IMG/VR virus record: IMGVR_UViG_3300046535_001489
Location: 6,715-70,714 of that record
DNA: 64,000 nt
Reading direction: 5' to 3' (one strand)
Source of the DNA: a virus
Both the position numbers and the translations under genes were made by a program. This document shows positions 1 to 8,710 of this stretch, one piece after another; position 1 is the stretch's first letter, and every line of letters starts with the position of its first letter. The notes below the pieces were generated by a model. The model searched no databases and was not told the DNA's origin. It saw only the letters and a list, made by a program, of their open reading frames with translations.

Positions 1-36
1 GCTTGTTAATCCCATCGTTGATGCCCTGAAAAAGTA

Positions 37-567
37 ATGGCTGCACATACACCTCCAGACCAGTTACTGCTAAACCTAACCCCTGCTCAAGTAGCCTATA
101 TGGCTGGGATATTTGATGGGGAAGGCTGTGTATTAATATCCCGAGTAAAGGAAAAAACAGCCTATCGAGTAGAATGTATGATCTCCAATACCGATCTAAC
201 TTTGCTGCAGACTATGCAGCTATGGTGTAATGGCATTGGATATATACGCGCAGGTAACTATAAAGCAGGACAAACACGACCATGCTATACGTGGCGAATG
301 AGTAGTCGCCGTGCTGCCTTATTTATGTCTATTATTAGACCATATTGTATTGTTAAAGCTAATCAAATAGATATAGCTATCCAGCTTAGCAATAGGATTA
401 GAGACTATGATGGCCGTAAGGTGCGGAAGCCAGGACAAACCAGAAATAAGGGAATTCCAGAAGAAGAGCTAGCCTTTAGAGACAACCTATTTTGCAGCTT
501 AAAGGAGCTACGTCGTGTCATTCCAACAGTATACCTTGGCACAAATGCGTGCCATGCTGCAAACTAA
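37..567 (+). CDS. Free-standing LAGLIDADG homing endonuclease
   Basis: AYMAGIFDGEGCV LAGLIDADG helix, then ISNTD..LL and IRPYCIVKANQ motifs. AT-richer than its neighbours. TAATG coupling to the upstream gene. Confidence 0.9.
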   Translation: MAAHTPPDQLLLNLTPAQVAYMAGIFDGEGCVLISRVKEKTAYRVECMISNTDLTLLQTMQLWCNGIGYIRAGNYKAGQTRPCYTWRMSSRRAALFMSIIRPYCIVKANQIDIAIQLSNRIRDYDGRKVRKPGQTRNKGIPEEELAFRDNLFCSLKELRRVIPTVYLGTNACHAAN

Positions 568-1222
568 GATTGAAAGTGTACCGTTCTGGGTTGATGCCGA
601 AGCCAATGATGCTATTAATGAGGCATTGTTGGTATGGAATAGTCTGACGGGGTATTGGAAGTCTACTCAGCCTATCACCACGACAGCAACCAACTGGGAC
701 TATACCCTCAACGGCACGATGGTGTTTGGGACGCGGGTAGAGTTTGATGGACACGGGCTGAGCCAGTCGTCTATGGCTGAGATGGATGCCGGAAAGCCAG
801 GGTGGCAGAGCCAAATGACCACTGATGGCGGGGATGTACCGACGACTCCGCAGATTTGGTTTCCACTGAGCATTGATGTGATTGGGATATGGCCTGCTGA
901 TGCGATTGGGGGGCATACGCTGACAGTGGACGGGATTGCTGCGACTCCGGTGCTGCTGGCTGGAACAGACTATATTCAGATCGGGGCAGAGGAGTTCAAC
1001 GCGATTTTGGGGTATGCGCTGCATGTGTTGGCGCTGAAGGAGGGCGGGGAGCGGTTCGCTGCAACAATGCCGTTGTTTAAGGACTTTTTGATGCAGGCTG
1101 CTGAGGAGAATGACCAGCTGGCGACGAGTTCATACTTTAGGCAGTTTGTTGGCATCGACATGGGTCGGCAAGAGAAACCGACGCATGGGACGCCTAATGA
1201 CTATGCGAAGTTGGCACAATGA
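515..1222 (+). CDS. Head-tail adaptor / tail tubular protein A-like
   Basis: N-terminal helix (EANDAINEAL), beta core, IGIWP motif and C-terminal helices typical of podophage adaptor rings. Position upstream of the nozzle gene. Confidence 0.6.
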   Translation: MSFQQYTLAQMRAMLQTKIESVPFWVDAEANDAINEALLVWNSLTGYWKSTQPITTTATNWDYTLNGTMVFGTRVEFDGHGLSQSSMAEMDAGKPGWQSQMTTDGGDVPTTPQIWFPLSIDVIGIWPADAIGGHTLTVDGIAATPVLLAGTDYIQIGAEEFNAILGYALHVLALKEGGERFAATMPLFKDFLMQAAEENDQLATSSYFRQFVGIDMGRQEKPTHGTPNDYAKLAQ

Positions 1223-1872
1223 GTATTAGTGACATCCAACTGCTGACTCAGATGCAATACACCATGATCGAGCCCGTTGATGGGGGGCTCTCGTGGCAGT
1301 CTGGGCTGTGGACAGCGCAGGAAGTGCTGAATTACCTCAATCAGCGCCAGAATAGGTTCCTTAAAGACACCCAAATGCAGATTGGGTTGGCAATGATTCC
1401 GGCTGCTGCGGGCACTCTCCAATACGACCTGCCAGATGATTGGATTACCACTGTAAGAGTGGTATGGATCAGTTCAGATAGGGCTACGAGGGAATTAATT
1501 CGGTCGAATGCCTGGGAAGCCGACAATGGAATTCCCTCGTGGACGTATGTTGCTGGAGCCCCGATTATTTATATTGATGTTGATACGCCTGTGCTGACGA
1601 TTAAGGTGGCCCCGCTGCCAGATGAGGATGGTACGATTCAAGTTCAGTATGTACCGTTGGCTGGGTTGTTGACTGGGCAGAATATTACTCCGCTTGGCGA
1701 ACCCTTTACGCTGCCGGATGAGTTTGTGCCGTATGTGAAGTATGGTGCGCTGGCAGATATGTGGAGTAAGGTTGGGCGAGGCATGGACCCTGAACGGGCA
1801 GCGTATTGTCAGGATCGCTACATGATGGGGGTGGAGATTGGGAAGATGATGTTGATGGGGTGGAAGAAGTAA
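1219..1872 (+). CDS. Second adaptor / tail tubular protein A-like paralogue
   Basis: WT..EVLNYLNQ..., YDLPDD, IKVAPLP and LPDEFVPYVKYGALA pattern of adaptor rings. ATGA overlap with the previous gene. Confidence 0.65.
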   Translation: MSISDIQLLTQMQYTMIEPVDGGLSWQSGLWTAQEVLNYLNQRQNRFLKDTQMQIGLAMIPAAAGTLQYDLPDDWITTVRVVWISSDRATRELIRSNAWEADNGIPSWTYVAGAPIIYIDVDTPVLTIKVAPLPDEDGTIQVQYVPLAGLLTGQNITPLGEPFTLPDEFVPYVKYGALADMWSKVGRGMDPERAAYCQDRYMMGVEIGKMMLMGWKK

Positions 1873-2759
1873 TGCCTATTAAGCCTATCATGCCGAGTAT
1901 TCCGACTCCTCCTCAGTCTGGAGACGCCCCATTTGGCTCAACAGATATGCCAGGGTCTGCCCCAAATGCGGCAGATCCCTATATTGAGGGGCTATTGGGT
2001 TTCTTAGGCGTTGGCCCGGATACACATGCTAATAGAGGCGGGCAGCTCTTAAACATGTTATCCCCGGCTATTCTTAAAGGGCTGGGATTAGCAGCGTCAG
2101 GAATTGCAGTAGGAGGGGGTACAGCACTCCCGGCACTAAAAGCTCATGGGGCTGACTTAATTGAACAGCTATTGCAGGCTAAAACGCTTGAAAAAGAAAG
2201 TTTGGGGATACCCCTCAGGGGCAATAAATTTAATCCTCCTGGATACGACCCCACTGTCCCACTGCCGGATACCATGCAACAAGCCCTTGTATACGCCCAG
2301 AAACGCTGGCCGAGGTTATTTGGGCATGTAACAAAAATTACTGATGTGGATGCTATACATCAGCTAGGTAGTGGCCAGAATACTCTAGGGTTAACACGAG
2401 AAACTCAGCCAGGGTCGCTCACAGGGCCACTGCAGCTATCCCCATCTGTTCATGCCCGCAATAACGCAGACCCAGCTAATACTGTTGGCCATGAGTTATT
2501 GCACGTAGCAGATCGTCTTGCTATTCCAAATATGCAAGAAAAATATCAGCAATCAAATGCGCTGTTTGGGGGATATGATGCAAATAGTTATGAAGTAAGG
2601 GCGCGTAATCAGGGGGCAAATATGGCTAAAGAGATGCAGCTAAATCAGCAGCTTGAGCCAAATACGCCAAACTCTAGGGCAGGACAGACTCTTATGCGAA
2701 AAAATAGAATAGCAGAAGCTCAGGCTGACGCTATTCGCCGTAAGGAGTTGCTGCCGTAA
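1872..2759 (+). CDS. Putative virion-associated protein with a zincin metallopeptidase motif
   Basis: Start moved to ATG 1872 (TAATG coupling). Pro-rich N-terminus; HELLH (HExxH) followed by YEVRARN. Confidence 0.6.
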   Translation: MPIKPIMPSIPTPPQSGDAPFGSTDMPGSAPNAADPYIEGLLGFLGVGPDTHANRGGQLLNMLSPAILKGLGLAASGIAVGGGTALPALKAHGADLIEQLLQAKTLEKESLGIPLRGNKFNPPGYDPTVPLPDTMQQALVYAQKRWPRLFGHVTKITDVDAIHQLGSGQNTLGLTRETQPGSLTGPLQLSPSVHARNNADPANTVGHELLHVADRLAIPNMQEKYQQSNALFGGYDANSYEVRARNQGANMAKEMQLNQQLEPNTPNSRAGQTLMRKNRIAEAQADAIRRKELLP

Positions 2760-5700
2760 TGGCTCAAGAAAGTAAATCGACCCTCCCTGTTACAGCTTCG
2801 GATTTCAAAGCTCCGTTCCAGACGGCGGTGACGCGCTATGGGGTTGAAGGTCTCAACATCACTGACGCCATCGACTTTGTAAAACCCAATGAGATGACGC
2901 GGATGGTGAATGTCACTCATAGGGTAGATGGGGGTGTGGAGCCGAGGCCGGGGCTGACTGCACTGGCAACAGGCGGGACGAACCACCATAGCATTAGGCT
3001 GCTCGACGGGCATGGAGTGTATGACCCCAATACCATCCATGGTGTCGATACGACGGTTATGGTTGGGCAGGCTGGGGCGCTTACGCAAGTTGATACGGGG
3101 TATTCTGGTGAGCCGTTGAGCCTTGTTCCCTTCCATCCTGTGCTCAACGGCGTGCCCTGGATGTACATCGGCGACACTGAACAGATGTCAAAGGTGCGAG
3201 AGGATGGGACGGTGCTGCAGGTGGGCATGGTGCCGCCTGGGCTGATTGCTACGACAGTTCTCGGCACGCTCAACAAAACCCCCATCGCCAACTTCCTCAC
3301 GGATGGCACTGCAGCAGCATCGTGGGCCGCAACAGCTGGTAAGAGCATCCCTGATAGCCTTAATGGGAGCATTGTTGCGACGGCTAATCCTACAGTCACT
3401 GGATTCTTTCCAGGGCCGGGAGGCGGTGCTACGCCAGTTAACTTTGGCTTTGGGTTGCCTACTGGCACGGCAATGGGGCAGGGGAGCGCACAGGATTTTT
3501 GGAATCTTTGGGGGGTAGCTGCGGGGAGAGATTTGAGCGTCGTTGGCGCTGAGCCGATGACCGACGACGACTACATCCATGTCTGGATACGGATGCAGAA
3601 CACTGCAGCGGTGAAGGAGATCCGCATCTACTTTGTCGTCAGTGCAAGCTTTGACCCAACGAAGTTGCCGGGGCAGGCTCCAACGACTGGTGGGGTGGTA
3701 CCAAATGCTGACGCCTATTGGGTGAGTATTCAGCCCCCAGACCTTTCGGGGGCGCTGAACGCGATTCGATTGGCTCCCGATGCGGCGTTGGCGCATTTTA
3801 ATCAGCAAATTCTAGATGCTGCAGCTGCAGGAGCACCGCTGGTGAGTGGGTCGCAACCGGTGATTCCAGTGATTGCTACGGGACCGGGTTCCGGCACATG
3901 GAATGAATATGCTTCAGTTGGGTTGCCGCTGCGACGGGGGGATTTTCAGCGCATTGGAGCCACCGCTGGACGAGACTGGAGCACCATCACAGGCATTATC
4001 ATCTATGCTGTAGGGTCGAAAGGGACAGGGTTTAGTAACATCGGATTCCAGCTCGCTGATATGTATGCTATGGGCGGCAGCGGGCCAGATAGCGGCGATG
4101 CCACGAGTACCCCGTATGATTATGTCTATACCCATTATGATTTATGGACGGGAGCTGAGAGCAACCCACAGCCGGGGGTAGATGCTGAAGATGATTTGAG
4201 TAATTCAGTGCCCATTGACGCGTTGCGGCGCAGCATCGTTGTCACACCAGGGGAGAGTTATCATAGCGCGCATGTGGTGCAGAGGTTCTATCGGCGGGGC
4301 GGGACGCTGCCGACGGATTGGTTTTTCGTAGGGCAGAACACAGCTGACGGAGCGGCGTTTATTGATACCATCACTGACACTGAAGCAGTGGCGGCTGGCA
4401 GTGTCGAAACTGACAACGACATGCCGGTATCTACAGTAGACCCTGATGGCGTCACGATTCTCCATCAGCCGCTGAGTTCTCTGTGGGGGCCTGTGGAAGG
4501 GTTTCTCATGGGGTGTGGCGACCCATACCGGCCAGGGTTTATTTACTTCAGCAAGCCGGGGAACCCTGATAGTTGGCCTCCGCAGAACCGCACTGAGGTG
4601 TGTTCGTCGTCGGAGCAATTGCTGCAGGGGGTGATGTATGGCGGGCAGGCGTTTGTGTTTAGTCAGGAACAAATGTATGCGCTGTATCCTAATCTGAGTG
4701 GCGATGTACCTGGGGTCACGTCACTCGTCACCCAATGCAAGAAAGGACTCGTCAATGGCTGCAGGTGGGGCGCGGCTGTGGGTATTGGTGGCATTGTTTT
4801 TATTGCGAATGATGGTATTTATCGTACAACGGGCGGTCCTCCGGAGTGGTTGAGTAAGAAGATTGATCCGCTGTTCAGGGGGCAGAGTAAGAATGGCATG
4901 CTGCCAATTGATTTCGACCAGCCGACGAAGCTGCGGATTGAAATCTACCAGAATGAGCTGTATTTTCTCTATCGAGATAGTAACAACGACACCCAATGTT
5001 TAGTCTATAGTCTCATCTATCAGTTCTGGCGGCAGTATAATTCGACCAAGCCTATTTCTTGCATGTATGCAGTGGAAGGGTCGTCAACGGATGTGCTGCA
5101 GGTAGGAGGCGGAGCTGGAGACGAATGGACGTTTGGTGGTGTTAGCGATGATGGGAATTCCATTGCCTGCAGCATGCGGGGTGGGGCGATTTTCTTCGAC
5201 CACCCGCGTGAAGAGAAGCGGCTCGGGGATCAGATTATCGATATGGATTCTGATGGGGTAACGATTACTCTGCAGAATTACTATAACTACGAAACAGTTG
5301 TGCCAGATCCGATTGCGTTGCCAACGTCGTCGGATCGCGGGCGGGTAGTATCTGATTCGTTCGGCCAGACTCCAGTGCGAGTGATTAATATCTCATCTGA
5401 TTTGAGTTGGTCGTCGGCTACGAATACTCCAAAAGTATTCTATCTCGGGACGTCAGCGATTATTGAGCCGGACCTCACGAAGGATCGCGTCACGCAGTGG
5501 GATGACCTTGGACAAGGTGATGAGGTTTATCTAACTGGCATTACTCTCGACGTAGACACTGGCGGCGAAGATAAAGGCGTAGTGTTTGAGGTCGATTATC
5601 AAGGAGTAATATCGACTGCCTACACTGCAGTAGTCAATGCTAATGGGCGGCATAAGGTTCGGTTCAGTTGGCCAGCCGTGCAGGCGAACATGGTGCGGAT

Positions 5701-6742
5701 TCGCCCTGTGGACCCAGACTGCCGCTTCTGGATTCTCTACCAGGCGCAGTGGATTCATCAGCCTGAGCCGCCTCGGATTGCTGCGTGGGATTCTTACTTC
5801 GAGAATGGATGGGATCAGTATTACACTGGGCTCGATCTGTACTGCGACACGTTTGGCCGCGATAAAACTATTGCGGTGTATGTCGATGAGGTGCTGGTTA
5901 AGACTGAGACGATTAATACTAATGGCAGGTTGGTCAGACACATTACCCTCCCGTGGGGCAGGGGCCATGTCTTCCATTTCATTGCAACTGATAGCAATGA
6001 AGGGTTGCTCTATGGGCATCGTTGGCAGCTAGACCCTGAGCCGAGCGAGCAGACAAACTGGAATCAGAACTTTACCATCGAGGGCACAGAGGCAGGGAAG
6101 TATCTGAAGGCTATTGTATTTCAGTGTGACACCTTCGGGCAGGATAAGACAGTCACTGTCGAATGTGATGGGGTTGTCGTTGAAATTCTGACGATTAACA
6201 CCAATGGCCGAAAGGTTGTGCAGAAAGCCTTCCCGCAGCATTATGGGAATGTGTTTAGGGTGTATCCGACCGATGATAAGTTGAGTCGGTTGTATACACT
6301 CTGGTGGGTGTTTGACCAGGAGCCTCTGGCACTAGACCGCTGGGAGACGCAAGAGATTGACCATCGGATTGCTGGGTGGCATTATCCCACATATGGAAGT
6401 ATTACCGTGCGGAGTGCTTCGGATGTTACGCTTGTGGTGACGGCATATAACCAAATCGGTGAGCCGACGGTGCGGTCATATGTTATCCCGGCAACGAATG
6501 GGCTAAAGCAGAAATGCTTCGTACCGTTCCAGGCAGTAAAGGGGATTTTGTTCAAGTATGTATTGACATCTGATGATCCATTTTGGCTCTACCGAGAAGA
6601 GTCAGTGATGATGGTAAGGGTGTGGGGGACAAGTAATACAGAAGCTGTACATGTGTTTGGCAATGATGACATTGATGCCACGAGGGTGATGACGAAGCCA
6701 TCGTTGGCTGCGGCAAGGAGTGGTGGGGGAACTGGTGCCTAA
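2759..6742 (+). CDS. Tail nozzle / tail tubular protein B-like (P22 gp10-like) with extra beta domains
   Basis: 1327 aa and beta-rich. IYFSKPGNPDSWP and FIANDGIY...LSKKIDPLF propeller motifs. Follows the adaptors. Confidence 0.7.
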   Translation: MAQESKSTLPVTASDFKAPFQTAVTRYGVEGLNITDAIDFVKPNEMTRMVNVTHRVDGGVEPRPGLTALATGGTNHHSIRLLDGHGVYDPNTIHGVDTTVMVGQAGALTQVDTGYSGEPLSLVPFHPVLNGVPWMYIGDTEQMSKVREDGTVLQVGMVPPGLIATTVLGTLNKTPIANFLTDGTAAASWAATAGKSIPDSLNGSIVATANPTVTGFFPGPGGGATPVNFGFGLPTGTAMGQGSAQDFWNLWGVAAGRDLSVVGAEPMTDDDYIHVWIRMQNTAAVKEIRIYFVVSASFDPTKLPGQAPTTGGVVPNADAYWVSIQPPDLSGALNAIRLAPDAALAHFNQQILDAAAAGAPLVSGSQPVIPVIATGPGSGTWNEYASVGLPLRRGDFQRIGATAGRDWSTITGIIIYAVGSKGTGFSNIGFQLADMYAMGGSGPDSGDATSTPYDYVYTHYDLWTGAESNPQPGVDAEDDLSNSVPIDALRRSIVVTPGESYHSAHVVQRFYRRGGTLPTDWFFVGQNTADGAAFIDTITDTEAVAAGSVETDNDMPVSTVDPDGVTILHQPLSSLWGPVEGFLMGCGDPYRPGFIYFSKPGNPDSWPPQNRTEVCSSSEQLLQGVMYGGQAFVFSQEQMYALYPNLSGDVPGVTSLVTQCKKGLVNGCRWGAAVGIGGIVFIANDGIYRTTGGPPEWLSKKIDPLFRGQSKNGMLPIDFDQPTKLRIEIYQNELYFLYRDSNNDTQCLVYSLIYQFWRQYNSTKPISCMYAVEGSSTDVLQVGGGAGDEWTFGGVSDDGNSIACSMRGGAIFFDHPREEKRLGDQIIDMDSDGVTITLQNYYNYETVVPDPIALPTSSDRGRVVSDSFGQTPVRVINISSDLSWSSATNTPKVFYLGTSAIIEPDLTKDRVTQWDDLGQGDEVYLTGITLDVDTGGEDKGVVFEVDYQGVISTAYTAVVNANGRHKVRFSWPAVQANMVRIRPVDPDCRFWILYQAQWIHQPEPPRIAAWDSYFENGWDQYYTGLDLYCDTFGRDKTIAVYVDEVLVKTETINTNGRLVRHITLPWGRGHVFHFIATDSNEGLLYGHRWQLDPEPSEQTNWNQNFTIEGTEAGKYLKAIVFQCDTFGQDKTVTVECDGVVVEILTINTNGRKVVQKAFPQHYGNVFRVYPTDDKLSRLYTLWWVFDQEPLALDRWETQEIDHRIAGWHYPTYGSITVRSASDVTLVVTAYNQIGEPTVRSYVIPATNGLKQKCFVPFQAVKGILFKYVLTSDDPFWLYREESVMMVRVWGTSNTEAVHVFGNDDIDATRVMTKPSLAAARSGGGTGA

Positions 6743-7409
6743 TCAGAGGACGCCAAGGTATCCACACGTCGCAGAAGTCAAGGATGTCCCCACCCAAAAC
6801 TCCCTGCGCCTCGCCTGGGACCAGCTACGGAATCAGAATGATGTCGTGACAGCAGCTAACGATACCATTGCTGCCCTGACAGCACGAATTGCTACGTTGG
6901 AAGCTATTGCTACTCATAGTATTGGGACGACTGCAGCAACGACTGCGGCGATTGCGACTGGTACCGATACAGGTGGCGGTGGAGGAGGCGGGGGTGGTGG
7001 AACAGACGATGGCGGGTTGGGCGCTGCAGGGTGTGCGAATGCTGGGGCGACTGGGCATGTGCCTGCTGGGACGATGCTCTCGTTGGACACTGCTGGGATG
7101 ATTGTGTGCGGGACAGCCCACGAGTTTTCATCGCTGCTGCTGCCGGTGGTAGACCAACCGACACGGGATGCGAATGTGCTGGAGCTGCTGGGCAGGATGA
7201 TTTATCATCTGCAGCTGGCAGGGTTTGCAGCAGGGAAGCAACGAAACCCCTCGGGGCTGGTGAGCACCGATAAGCTCACGGTGCAGCAGGGGACAACGTG
7301 GTGGGCATATGATGTGTTCTCGCTGGTACCGTTTGACCAGCCGCTGAGCACTCAGATGATTCCGGTGGGCGGGGCGAATACAGTAGCTGACGGCGGAATT
7401 CCAGACTAA
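6720..7409 (+). CDS. Tail-associated protein (coiled coil, Gly linker, globular C-terminal domain)
   Basis: Heptad stretch IAALTARIATLE and a poly-Gly linker. Position after the nozzle gene. Confidence 0.45.
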   Translation: MVGELVPNQRTPRYPHVAEVKDVPTQNSLRLAWDQLRNQNDVVTAANDTIAALTARIATLEAIATHSIGTTAATTAAIATGTDTGGGGGGGGGGTDDGGLGAAGCANAGATGHVPAGTMLSLDTAGMIVCGTAHEFSSLLLPVVDQPTRDANVLELLGRMIYHLQLAGFAAGKQRNPSGLVSTDKLTVQQGTTWWAYDVFSLVPFDQPLSTQMIPVGGANTVADGGIPD

Positions 7410-7423
7410 TTGGGGTTAATAGC

Positions 7424-7633
7424 ATGAAAAGTTGGGCGAAGTCGAGGACGGTATGGGTGGCGATTGGGCAGGCGGTGGTGGGAGTTCTGCTGGCGGTGAT
7501 TTCTGCTGACCCGGCACTGCAACAGGTTGGATGGGTTGCTGCGGCAAAGTCGGTGCTGGATATTGTGCTCCGGGCGATGACAACGGTAGCTATCAGCCCT
7601 ACCCCTCCACCTACCCTAGAAGTCAAAGGTTGA
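7424..7633 (+). CDS. Holin-like small membrane protein
   Basis: 69 aa, KSWAKSRTVW start, two hydrophobic helices, LRAMTT end. Confidence 0.6.
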   Translation: MKSWAKSRTVWVAIGQAVVGVLLAVISADPALQQVGWVAAAKSVLDIVLRAMTTVAISPTPPPTLEVKG

Positions 7634-7661
7634 CCTCGTTGCTCGTTGCAGGGGATACTTA

Positions 7662-8039
7662 ATGGGAAATGTGAGAGTTCGTCAACTGCCCGTGGAGGAG
7701 TGGGAAAGGCTACGTGGGTTGCCCATTGCTGCAAGAACCATGCCAGACCCTGAGCGAAGCTTCATTCTTGTGGCTGAGGATGAAGGCGAGATTGTTGGGA
7801 CATGGGGGGTTGTGTTTGCTCCAGTGCTAGAGGGGTTTTGGGTCGCTCCTGCCTACCGTAAGAAATCTGCTGCTGCCAAGATGTGGTTTCTCATGAAGCA
7901 GACGCTAACGAATTGGGTAATACCACAGGCTCTTACACTCGTGCAGACTGAAGATGTCGCAGACTTAGCTGAACATGCTGGGTTCGAACCCCTTGATGGT
8001 ATCCTCTATTCCCTTAACCTACCTATGAGTATTAAATAA
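7662..8039 (+). CDS. GNAT-fold protein (podophage gp13-like position)
   Basis: ILVAEDEGEIVG and LEGFWVAPAYRKK acetyltransferase motifs. Lies immediately before the ejection proteins. Confidence 0.7.
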   Translation: MGNVRVRQLPVEEWERLRGLPIAARTMPDPERSFILVAEDEGEIVGTWGVVFAPVLEGFWVAPAYRKKSAAAKMWFLMKQTLTNWVIPQALTLVQTEDVADLAEHAGFEPLDGILYSLNLPMSIK

Positions 8040-8710
8040 TGCCAGCGATTCCTTTAATAGTAATGGGAGCTTCGGCGGCTGCTGGAGCCTACTCTGCCCA
8101 TAAACAGGCAAGTATCGCGAATGATTCAGTGGGGTTGCAAAAGTCCTTGCTTGACCGCCAGAGTGCCCTAGCGAATAGAATGGGGAGCCTTGGGGAAGGG
8201 CAGATTTCTAACTCGAAGCCTGCGCTGGATGCGGCGATGAAGCATTACTTGACGTTGGCACAGGGTGGACGGGGGGAGATTAACTCGCTGCTGGCTCCAG
8301 ACAGAGCAGCTGTAAATGAGACTGCTCGGGGGACAGCAAGGGGCATTGAAGCCCATATGGCTCCTGGTGGGCAGCGTGACCAAGCCATTGCTGATATGAA
8401 TCGCCAGCGACAGGGGCAGCTGGGATTGATGCCTATGCAGGCACGTACGGATGCTATGGGGAAATTGGCGGCGCTGGGTGGGCAGGGGATGGACAGAGGG
8501 TATAACTTTATGTCTGGGGCTGCTGGGGCGCTTGGGGGGCAGACAGCTGGGATTAATTCGATGTTCAATACCCAGATGGCGGGGCAGCAAGGGTGGAATC
8601 AGTTTGGGGCTGATATGTTCAAGACCTATGGGCCGTATTTGATGGGTATGGGGCAGAAGAAATCTAGCAACGACATGCCTGGACCGTGGGCTGGGGGGTA
8701 TAAGTTCTAA
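8039..8710 (+). CDS. Internal virion / DNA ejection protein (small)
   Basis: Ala/Gly/Gln/Met-rich helical protein with a hydrophobic N-terminus. Canonical position. Confidence 0.6.
   Translation: MPAIPLIVMGASAAAGAYSAHKQASIANDSVGLQKSLLDRQSALANRMGSLGEGQISNSKPALDAAMKHYLTLAQGGRGEINSLLAPDRAAVNETARGTARGIEAHMAPGGQRDQAIADMNRQRQGQLGLMPMQARTDAMGKLAALGGQGMDRGYNFMSGAAGALGGQTAGINSMFNTQMAGQQGWNQFGADMFKTYGPYLMGMGQKKSSNDMPGPWAGGYKF

Noticed and set aside
6972-7001. G-rich run as a G-quadruplex or tandem repeat
   Set aside because: It is explained by a poly-Gly linker in the coding frame.
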